A DNA stretch of 64,000 nucleotides from Eledone cirrhosa (Eukaryota). The translations under genes were made by a program, and so were the position numbers. The notes under the pieces were generated by a model. That model worked only from the letters and a program-made list of their open reading frames with translations. It ran no database searches and had not been told where the DNA came from. The stretch lies in the NCBI GenBank assembly GCA_964016885.1, contig OZ024765.1:7192001-7256000 (forward strand), read 5' to 3'. Of this stretch, positions 49,422 through 61,824 are shown one piece after another. The stretch's first letter is position 1. Each line of letters opens with the position of its first letter.

Positions 49422-52400
49422 TATATGGAGGCACATGGCTTAGTGCTTAGAGCATTGGCCTTGCAATCGAAAGGTTGTGAGTCCAATTCTCAGACCGAGT
49501 GATGTGTTGTGTCCTTGAGCAAGACACTTTATTTCACATTGCTCCAGTTTACTCAGCTGTAGAAATGAGATGATAGGGACTGGGGTCCCTATCATCCCAC
49601 TGCAAAGTGGACGTGTAGGCGCCATGGCAAAAAAGCACCCAGCACGCACTGTAAATGAGGTTGGTGTTAGGAAGGGCATCCAGCTGTAGAAATCAAGCCA
49701 GAATCAGTTCCCGTCCCACCCTTGCAAGCAGGGAGAAGCAGACGTAAAATGATGATGATGATGATGAGAGAGTAACCCTATTGCTATTTTGTAAAAATGT
49801 ATATATAATACTATATATAGATAAAGGTGTATATGTAGATATATATATATATAGATAGAGAGAGAAACCCCATTATTTTATAAAAATGTATATATAATAC
49901 TAACAAAGATGTATATGTAGATATATGTATATGTAGATATATATATAGAGAGAGAGAGAAGTATATATAGAGTAATGTAAATGTTAAAGGGTTACAGAAG
50001 GGTTTCCACCATGATTGACACACACAGTGACAGGGATATATGGATGGGGAGGAGACTGAGAAGAGGAGGAAGGGAGGAGGGGAACGGAGGTCGATGAGGA
50101 TAAAGGCTTTGTCAATCTAACAAATCAAGAAATCACACATGCAGCAAGAATTGCACCAGATGGTGCATTTGGACATTAGAAGGGACCAACAGACAGACTG
50201 GGCAGTGTGTGGTATAGAATGTAAGAGCCTTACCTGTAGAACTGGACAGATATGGGGGACAGACAGACAGACTGGGCAGTGTGTGGTATAGAATGTAAGA
50301 GCCTTACCTGTAGAACTGGACAGATATGGGGGACAGACAGACAGACTGGGCAGTGTGTGGTATAGAATGTAAGGGCCTTACCTGTAGAACTGGACAGAAA
50401 TGGGGGACAGACAGACAGACTGACTGGGCAGTGTGTGGTATAGAATGTAAGGGCCTTACCTGTAGAACTGGACAGAAATGGGGGACAGACAGACAGACTG
50501 GGCAGTGTGTGGTATAGAATGTAAGGGCCTTACCTGTAGAACTGGACAGAAATGGGGGACAGACAGACAGACTGGGCAGTGTGTGGTATAGAATGTAAGG
50601 GCCTTACCTGTAGAACTGGACAGAGATGGGGGACAGACAGACTGACTGGGCAGTGTGTGGTATAGAATGTAAGGGCCTTACCTGTAGAACTGGACAGAGA
50701 TGGGGGACAGACAGACAGACTGGGCAGTGTGTGGTATAGAATGTAAGGGCCTTACCTGTAGAACTGGACAGAGATGGGGGACAGACAGACAGACTGACTG
50801 GGCAGTGTGTGGTATAGAATGTAAGGGCCTTACCTGTAGAACTGGACAGAAATGGGGGACAGACAGACAGACTGGGCAGTGTGTGGTATAGAATGTAAGG
50901 GCCTTACCTGTAGAACTGGACAGAAATGGGGGACAGACAGACAGACTGGGCAGTGTGTGGTATAGAATGTAAGGGCCTTACCTGTAGAACTAGACAGAGA
51001 TGGGGGACAGACAGACAGACTGGGCAGTGTGTGGTATAGAATGTAAGGGCCTTACCTGTAGAACTGGACAGAAATGGGGGACAGACAGACAGACTGGGCA
51101 GTGTGTGGTATAGAATGTAAGGGTCTTACCTGTAGAACTGGACAGAAATGGGGGACAGACAGACAGACTGGGCAGTGTGTGGTATAGAATGTAAGGGCCT
51201 TACCTGTAGAACTGGACAGAAATGGGGGACAGACAGACAGACTGGGCAGTGTGTGGTATAGAATGTAAGGGCCTTACCTGTAGAACTGGACAGAAATGGG
51301 GGACAGACAGACAGACTGACTGGGCAGTGTGTGGTATAGAATGTAAGGGCCTTACCTGTAGAACTGGACAGAAATGGGGGACAGACAGACAGACTGACTG
51401 GGCAGTGTGTGGTATAGAATGTAAGGGCCTTACCTGTAGAACTGGACAGAAATGGGGGACAGACAGACAGACTGGGCAGTGTGTGGTATAGAATGTAAGG
51501 GCCTTACCTGTAGAACTGGACAGAAATGGGGGACAGACAGACAGACTGACTGGGCAGTGTGTGGTATAGAATGTAAGGGCCTTACCTGTAGAACTGGACA
51601 GAAATGGGGGACAGACAGACAGACTGGGCAGTGTGTGGTATAGAATGTAAGGGTCTTACCTGTAGAACTGGACAGAAATGGGGGACAGACAGACAGACTG
51701 GGCAGTGTGTGGTATAGAATGTAAGGGCCTTACCTGTAGAACTGGACAGAAATGGGGGACAGACAGACAGACTGGGCAGTGTGTGGTAGAGAATGTAAGG
51801 GTCTTACCTGTAGAACTGGACAGAAATGGGGGACAGACAGACAGACTGGGCAGTGTGTGGTAGAGAATGTAAGGGTCTTACCTGTAGAACTGGACAGAAA
51901 TGGGGGACAGACAGACAGACTGGGCAGTGTGTGGTATAGAATGTAAGGGTCTTACCTGTAGAACTGGACAGAAATGGGGGACAGACAGACAGACTGGGCA
52001 GTGTGTGGTATAGAATGTAAGGGCCTTACCTGTAGAACTGGACAGAAATGGGGGACAGACAGACAGACTGGGCAGTGTGTGGTATAGAATGTAAGGGTCT
52101 TACCTGTAGAACTGGACAGAAATGGGGGACAGACAGACAGACTGGGCAGTGTGTGGTATAGAATGTAAGGGTCTTACCTGTAGAACTGGACAGAAATGGG
52201 GGACAGACAGACAGACTGGGCAGTGTGTGGTATAGAATGTAAGGGCCTTACCTGTAGAACTGGACAGAAATGGGGGACAGACAGACAGACTGGGCAGTGT
52301 GTGGTATAGAATGTAAGGGTCTTACCTGTAGAACTGGACAGAAATGGGGGACAGACAGACAGACTGGGCAGTGTGTGGTATAGAATGTAAGGGCCTTACC

Positions 52401-55400
52401 TGTAGAACTGGACAGAGATGGGGGACAGACAGACAGACTGGGCAGTGTGTGGTAGAGAATGTAAGGGCCTTACCTGTAGAACTGGACAGAAATGGGGGAC
52501 AGACAGACAGACAGACTGGGCAGTGTGTGGTATAGAATGTAAGGGCCTTACCTGTAGAACTGGACAGAGATGGGGGTCAGACAGACAGACTGACTGGGCA
52601 GTGTGTGGTATAGAATGTAAGGGGCTTACCTGTAGAAATGGACTCAGCCTGTTGAAGTTTCTCCTGACATTCCGTGAAACATTTGTGGAAGTTAGTGGCT
52701 AGTTCTATTGTCTGGAAATATGAAAGGGAAAGACATAAGGAGAAGGGAAGGGGTATATTGGTGCTAAAGAACATTGGACAGGTTTCATACACACACCACC
52801 ACCAACACACACACTATAAATGCTCCAACACACCACCACCAACACACACCACTACCATCAACACACACACACTATAAATGTTCCAACACACCACCACCAA
52901 GACCATCAACACATATTTCTATATATACTCCAACACACCACCACACTGCAACCATTACAACCAACACACCACCACAAACAGTCCAGAAATACACCACGAC
53001 CACCACAACCAATACACCACAACACCCACAACCAATACACCACCACCACAAACAGCCCAGAAATACAGCAACACCACCAACACCAATCCACCACCACACC
53101 ACACCACACCACCCACAGCCCAGAAATACATCAACACCACACCACCACCAACAGCCCAGAAATACATCAACACCACACCACCAACACCACACCACTACAC
53201 CACCACCACCACCACCAACAGCCCAGAAATACATCAACACCACACCACTACCCCACCACCCACAGCCCAGAAATACATCAACACCACACCACCAACACCA
53301 CACCACTACACCAACACCACACCACAACCACCAACACCAACAGCCCAGAAATACATCAACACCACACCACACCACCACACCAACACCAACACCAACAGCC
53401 CAGAAATACATCAACAAGCCTGTTTACCTTAAATCGAACAGCAAACTGTTCAACGGTTCCTTCCTTATCATCAGTATAGTCCCTGGCTACCCAGCACCAT
53501 GCTGTCTCAGAGGTGAACATACGTTTCAGGACTAGATTGGTGGTCAACAGGTGATTACAGGCCACCTTTAACACCTGTTCCCTTCGGAACAGGATTCGGA
53601 ACCGAACTGGAAAGACAGGAGAGAGAGAGGGAGTCAGAGAGAGAGAGAGGGACAAAGACAGAGAGAGAGAGGTATAGAGAAAGAAAGACAGAGTAATAAT
53701 AGTTGCTAATTCAAACATTTCAGAGGAAGAACAAAATTGATTAAATCAACCCCAGTATGTTACAGGTACACTATTGTATCAACCCCAGTACTACAGGTTC
53801 TCTATTGAAAGGTAAAGTTAATCTCGGAGGGATTTGAACTCAGAACATAAAGGGCCGTAACTCTATGCAGCAAAGCATGTTGTCCGACACCCTACCGATA
53901 CTGCCAATCCACTACCCTAATAATTGTTTCTACTTTAGGCACAAGGCCAGCAATTATCGCAGTACATTACTGGTACTTTATTTTATCGACCCCGTAAGGA
54001 TGAAAGACAAAGTCAACCTCGGCGGGATTTGAACTCACAGATCGTAAAGGGACGTAACTATGCTGGAATAATAACACTGAGCGTAATTCTGTGTTGACAG
54101 AAAGAATAGTGTGCTCCTCAAACAGTCAGAGCTGTCAGAATGTACTTCAAACCTGTTGGATAGCATTGTGTACTCCTGTTTAGCTGAAGCAGCATAATAT
54201 ATGGGCAGAAAACACAAACACACTTGAAACACGTGATTATGATATGACTGACTGTTGTTAAATAATTAAACAATTACACAGCACTTGTTAGATAGCACTC
54301 AATATGAGTTCAATACACAACAAAATGTAAGATGAAGGTAACAAAAAAGTTTGTTACCAGGTAATTTTTTTATTTTTTATTATTATAGGTCCTAATATTT
54401 CGGGACTTAAAATTCCCTTCATCAGAGTCTAGGGAACGCTCAGAGAAAAATCTTCTGGTCTATTCGCTTTAACCTTTTAGCACTCACATTACTTTATATT
54501 TACTATTGTATTTTCGAGGTAAAGGCTTTACCTCGCATAACATCGAATCTATGATATTTTGAGATTATTTATTTTGAGAACAATACCTTAACATTAGTGC
54601 GAGTGGCCGGTTACAGCTAGTTTGAACAGAAAGAGGTGAGATAATTCTGGCCGGATATAGCCGGTTTAAATGCTAAAGGGTTAAGTTGCTCTAGGAAAGG
54701 AAGGAAGGGATTGATCGACAAGATTCCAGACCTCATTTGCTTACCGAATGGGGTGGGACTCATTCTATCATCGAGCCCAGAATAAATGAAATGTAAAGTT
54801 GACCTTGGCAGGAAACAAACTCTGAACATAAAACCCCCCACCACCCTTCCCCAAAGACATTCTGTCTGTTGCTCTACTGGTTCTACCAATATAAAACAAG
54901 TTCTCTTTCTCACCTGATCCATTATGACTGAGTATTTTTATGTTACCAATTCCTTTCTCTTTCCAACAGTTGAGGGTCTTGTCAAACCGATACAGCTTCG
55001 ATCTCTGCACAAACAATGGGCTTTCATCTTCTTCCCCTGTGAAATAATTTACAGATGGAAATCATCAATGTTATAAAGTGTGCCACATATATATATATAA
55101 TGCGTATGTGTGTAAGGGACTCACCCATGTGTGTGTGTATATATATGTGGAAAAATTGACATAAAACGGTGATAATGATGATGATGATGATCATCATCAT
55201 CATTTTACGTTCGCTTTTCCCTGCTTGCAAAGGTGAGACGGGAACTGATTCTGGCTTGATTTCTACAGCTGGATGCCCTTCCTAACACCAACCTCATTTA
55301 CAGTGAGTGCTGGGTGCTTTTTTTCCGTGGCACCTCCACGACCACTTTGCAGTGGAATGATAGGGACCCCAGTCCCTATCATCTCATTTCTACAGCTGAG

Positions 55401-58400
55401 TAAACTGGAGCAATGTGAAATAAAGTCTCTTGCTCAAGGAAACAACACATCCCCTGGTCTGAGAATTGAACTCACAACCTTTTGATTACAAGACCAATGC
55501 TCTAACCACTAATCCATGTGCACACATATATATATATCTGTGAGTCAGTGTGTGTATGTATGTGTGCAAGAGACTCACCAGATATGTGTGTGTATATATG
55601 TGTGCATGTGCACACTTATGTGTGTATATATATATATATCTGTGTCAGTGTGTATAAGAGACTCACCACTCCTCTGGTCAATCAAAGCAGGTAGTTCAAT
55701 AACTGGTTCAAAGTGGATATCAACATTAGTGACCACATCATCCTCGTCCTCATCCTCGTGTCCAGCACTTGGACTTGGCGTTACATCAAACAACTTTTGG
55801 CCAGCACCTTGCCAGGAAAATGGTTTGCTTTTGTCTGAAATTATAAAATAGACATATTAAAATGGAAAATAAATAACCATCTGTATATAGAATACGACTG
55901 TAAATACAAGCGCCCAAAATGGGATTCCTCTGAAGGGTCTTTGGAGTAACGTTACTCGATAGAGTGCATAGCTCAGAGATCAGAGAGTCACTCCAGGTAG
56001 AGCCGCTACTTCTCCAAATTGAGAGATCACAGCTCTGATACTATGGACATGTGGTTAGAATGTCTCAGGAAAGAATTGCTGGAGATATTTGTAGCTCGGA
56101 GATCAGAGAGTCACTCCAGGTAGAGCTGCTACTTCTCTGAATTGAGAGATCACAGCTCTGATACTATGGACATGTGGTTAGAATGTCACAGGAAAGAATC
56201 ACTGGACATATTTGTAGCTCAGAGATCAGAGTCACTCCAGGTAGAGCTGCTACTTCTCTGAATTGAGAGATCACAGCTCTGATACTATGGACATGTAGTT
56301 AGAATGTCTCAGGAAAGAATCACTGGACATATTTGTAGCTCAGAGATCAGAGTCACACCAGGTAGAGCTGCTACTTCTCTGAATTGAGAGATCACAGCAC
56401 CAACATTACTGAGACGTGGTTAGAATGTCTTAGGAAAGAATCGGTGGATAGATTTTATTGGCGAAACCAACCGGTAAGAGACCCAGGAGTAGACCCCGAG
56501 CAAGATGGTTGGATAACATCCATGAGCTTGGCTGGTCACACTAAGGGATCCAACCAGATCAATTGGAGATGGTTGCTTCTGACAGGACCTGCTGGAAGGA
56601 GTGTTTGAGGACTCTGCCCACACGACCCTCTCAGGGAATAAGTGGGCAAAGAAGAAGGGTTTCAACTACAAATGTCAGACAGTGAATTCCTTGCTATGAC
56701 ATCCGCTCATCAACAAAGGAAATTTCATATCTCCTCAAGGTCACAGGTCAAGTTACTTTCTGTTATAGCCATAATAATGCTGACAGTTCTGGGACAAACA
56801 TTTGATGTCACTACACATGCATAGTTAAGCATCGTCACTTAACCAGTTAACATTTACATTGTTGGCCAACTTGTCTTTTTACATCCACAGTCCAGTAAAG
56901 TTCAATAAAAAATATGGTAACAAATGGGTTAAAATGGATGCTTGTTTTTTTCTTCCATAAACCAGAGGCAGGATTTTCATTGTTTAACCCTTTAGCATTC
57001 ACATTACTCTATATATACTATTGTATTTTAGAAGTAAAGGCTTTAGCTCACATAATATCAAATCTATGAGATTTCAATATTTATTTTCAGAACAAAACCT
57101 TAACGTCTGTATGAGTGGCCGGTTACAGCTGGTTTGAATTGAAAAAAGTGAGAGAATTCTGGGTAGATATAGCCAGTTTAAATACTAAAGGGTTAATAGT
57201 AAGAAATAATTCTAGTAAATCCCTTCAAAATCTTCATTAATTCAAATAGTATCTCATTAGAAATACTGTAATGAAAGAGTTTAACCTTTCTTTACTTCTA
57301 TTCAAGGTAAAATGTTTCTTGTGTACCTGTAATTGTCTTACCTGCCTGAAAGGTAAGAGTCTTGTGTACCTGTAACTATGTCTTACCTGTCTGAAAGGTA
57401 AGTGTCTTGTGTTCCTGTAACTATGTCTTACCTGTCTGAAAGGTAAGTGTCTTGTGTACCTGTAACTATGTCTTACCTGCCTGAAAGGTAGGAGTTAGAT
57501 GTGTACCTGTAATTATCTTACCTTTCTGAAAAGCAGGTGTTTGCTGTGTATCTGCCTGGGCAGCCAGTGTACTAAACAACGTCCCAGAATATTCATTATC
57601 TGAAAATAAAAATGTGATGATTCTTCGTAACAACTTGACAGACCTGACAATGTTGGCAGGACAGCAGAGTGTTGGGGACTTTTACAGACACATACACACC
57701 ACCCAAACACACCATATATATACACACAAACCCAAACACACCATATATACACACACACAAACCCAAACACACCACAGATACACACACACACACAACCCAA
57801 ACACACCACAGACAGACACACACACAACCCAAACACACCAGACAGACACACACACACACAACCCAAACACACCATATATACACACACACAACCCAAACAC
57901 ACCACAGACAGACACACACACAACCCAAACACACCATATACATCACACACCACACACACACAACATACGAGGGTCAGCTGAAAAGTTCATAGGCTGATTA
58001 TGAAGCAAGTGATGCTAGAGCTGTGGAATCTTGCATACATTAACTTCAACTCTTCTTCTTAATAACTGCATTGTTTCTTTCCAGGGACTATGTTGAAAGA
58101 TAAACCTCATTTTCAGCCAACACTCATATATACACCACATCACATGCACAACATATAAGGCTCAGCTGAAAAGTTCATAGGCTGACCAAGATACTCTCAT
58201 GGAATGACCAAATGAGGTTTATTTTTCAACATAGTCTTTGGAAAGAAACAATGCAGTTTTTAAGAAAAGTTGAAATTAATGCAGGCAAGATTTCACAGCT
58301 CTAGCATCACTCCTTCATAGGCTGACCAAGATTCTCTCATGGAATGACCGAATGAGGTTTATTTTTCAACATAGTCCTTAGAAAGAAACAATGGTTATCA

Positions 58401-61400
58401 ATTGTTTCTACTTTTTCGCACAAGGCCAGCAATTACCCAGTCCATTACTGGTACTTTATTTTATCGACTCCCGTAAGGATGAAAGAGAGCTAACCTCGGT
58501 AGGATTTGAGCTCAGAACATAAAAGGCCATAACTCTATGCTGCAAAGCATGGTATTTGACGTGGTACTGATACTGCCAATCTACCTACAAGTTCTAATGA
58601 ATGCAAACAAGATTTCTAAGTTCTAGCATCACTGCTTCTTATAAACCTTTCAGCCTACCCTCATACATACCACACAATACATAGACAGTGGACGAAAATA
58701 CCCCACCCCCCCACAAAATATGAGCTCAGTTCTACTTACTATTCATTAACCTTGAAAACGGCATATTGGTAGTAGATTCAGTAGGAAATGTAGTTGTGGC
58801 AGTCGTAGTAGAGGTGGTGATAGGTGTAGTAGTAGCTGTAGTCTCTGCTGTGGTTATAGTGGTAGTACTTGCTGAAAACAGGGTCTTTTGTCCTTCTGAT
58901 ACAGTAGAGGCTAATTTAGCTAGAGGAAGAACAAAACAAATATATATATATATCATCATCACCACCAACACTGTTTAACGTCCATTTTCCATGCGTGGTG
59001 GGTTAAACAGGTTGTTACGTTAAGAAACAAATCAGGTCCAAAGACCAAGTCTTGCTCATATAGACCTGTATTTAGGCTTGGTTTCTATGGTTGAACGTCC
59101 TTCTTAACACTAATAACCTTATAATGTGGACTGGATGCTTTTTGTCATGTCACCAGTACGATCACCTTACAGCGTGGACTGGGTGCTTTTTATTGTGTCA
59201 CCAGTATGACCACCTTACAGTGTGGTTGGGTACTTTTTATTGCGTCACCAGAACAACCTTACAGTGTGGACTGAGTACTTTTTATTGTGTCACCAGCTCG
59301 ACCACCTTACAGTGTGGACTGGGCACTTTTTGTCGTATAACGAACACTATCATCTTACAGTGTGGACTGGGCACTTTTTGTCATGTCAGCAACACGACCA
59401 CCTTACATTGTGGACTAGGTGCTTTTTGTCATATAACCAGCACGACCACCCTAAGGTGTGGACTGGGAACTTTTTGTCATGTCACCAGCACAACAACCTT
59501 ACAGAGTGGATTGGGTGCTTTTTGTCATGTAACCATACAATCACCTTACAGAATAGACTGGGCACAGGTATTTTTTTAAAAATAAAATATATGTTCCATC
59601 ATCATCATCATCTATAGATATATCCAATTTAGAATAGGTACACCATATCCCTGCCATGTAAAAGGTGACTAAAAACAGCGTCAATGGCCATCCACCCTAA
59701 TTATGGGTTAAATAGCCTCACCAACCCACAATTGGCAAAGCGTGATGAGTACAGCTACACCCACGACATGACCAAAACCAAACAGAAAGCGGTGGATGTC
59801 ACCCAGGAAGTGGGTCTTCCAAAGGGATTGAGAAGGGATTAAATTGGATATATAAAATAGGTACACTGCATGATGTAAGAGGTGGCTTAAGGGTTGGCAC
59901 CCCTCTGTAAAATACTGCCTTTGTTTGGCAGATCTTCTACAACTGGAAGCCCTTCCTACCACCAGCCACTTTACAGAGTGTACTGGGTGCATTTATCCTC
60001 ATATAGATCACCAACACGGGAGGACTCTTCAGTTAAACTCCCCTAACACGTTTTTGTTTATCAGGAAGTCCTCTTTATGTGTGTCAAGGTGACAAGACAT
60101 ATATACAGTAGTCACCTGGTATTACATTCCTAGAGGACCCACGAAAAGTGAAAAAACGTGAATATCGGACATGGTCCATAAAAATGCCTACAAGCGTCAA
60201 ATTATAATAAAAAAAAAAAAAAAAAAGGAGCTTTTTATGCAAAGGGGCATCGAATAGGCCAGCAAATACAGTATATTGTTATTAATAATTTAGCGTTAAA
60301 ATATATATATATATATTGCCATGAAAAGAGCCATTAATAATCGTTTCTACTTTAGGCACCAGGCCAGCAATTACCCAGTGTATTACTGGTACTTATTTTA
60401 TCGACTCCGTAAGGACGAAAGGCAAAGTTAACCTCGGCGGGATTTGAACTCAGATCATAAAGGGACGTAACTGTGCTGCAAAGCATAACGTCCGACCCTC
60501 TACTGATAGTGCCAAAAATAATGCAGAAGATATTTACAATTCTGCAATATACGGTGGTTTCCATAAAAAATTATTAGTTAGGTTCATCATCATCATCATC
60601 ATTTCATTTCATTTCATTTCACGTCAGCTTTTCCCTGCTTGCAAGGGTGGGACGGGAACTGATTCTGGCTTGATTTCTACAGCTGGATGCCCTTCCTAAC
60701 ACCAACCTCATTTACAGTGAGTGCTGGGTGCTTTTTTGCCGTGGGCACCTCCACGACCACTTTGCAGTGGAATGATAGGGACCCCAGTCCCTATCATCTC
60801 ATTTCTACAGCTGAGTAAACTGGAGCAATGTGAAATAAAGTGTCTTGCTCAAGGAAACAACACATCACCCAGTCTGAGAATTGAACTCACAACCTTTCGA
60901 TTGCAAGGCCAATGCTCTAACCACTAAGCCTTGTGCCTCCATTCAAGGAAAATTCCACAAATAACCGGGACTGCAAACGACGGGGGTACATTGTATTTGA
61001 TATAGCCCCTAATATCATCCTAAGTTAATCAACAGTAATCAACTCACCAGCATAGGTCTGTTTGGGTTTCTGCAATTTCTTCAAATCTTCAGGGTCACAG
61101 CCGCGGCACCCAGGGCAAGGTGGCTTGGTCTCGTACAGGTAGAAATTGTCAGGGAGCATCAGTTTCCTGGCCTTCAGGACCTGCTCAGTGGTGGCCACTA
61201 CTTGCTTCACAAAGATCACATCATCACCACTGGAGTCATCCTTGGTGTCAACACCATCACTATCAACTGGATAAAGACAAGAGGGAGAGAGTGGAGGAGG
61301 AGAGAGTAAAGGAGAGAGAGAGAGTGAAGGAGAGAGAGAGTGATTGAAGGAGAGAGAGAGAGAGAGAGTGGAGAGAGAGAGAGTGTGAAGGAGAGAGAGA

Positions 61401-61787
61401 GAGTGTGAAGGAGAGAGAGAGAGAGAGAGTGTGAAGGAGAGAGAGAGAGTGTGAAGGAGAGAGTAAAGGGGAGAGAGAGAGTGTGAAGGAGAGAGAGTAA
61501 AGGAGAGAGAGAGTGTGAAAGAGAGAGTAAAGGGGAGAGAGAGAGTGTGAAGGGGAGAGAGAGAGAGTGAAGGAGAGAGAGAGAGTGTGAAGGAGAGAGT
61601 AGAGGGGAGAGAGAGAGTGTGAAGGAGAGAGAGTAAAGGGGAGAGAGTGTGAAGGAGAGAGAGTAAAGGAGAGAGAGAGTGAAGGCGAGAGAGAGAGTGA
61701 AGGAAGTAAAGAGAGAAGAGAGAGTGGAGAGAGGGAGAGAGTGGAGAGAGAGGGAGAGAGAGAGAGAGTGGAAAGAGAGAGAGAGAG

Positions 61788-61824
<37 letters not shown>

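Noticed and set aside
50326-52702. Repeated Cys-containing plus-strand ORFs (CGIECKGLTC)
   Set aside because: Products of the 74/78-bp minisatellite, antisense to RanBP2, with the frame broken from unit to unit.
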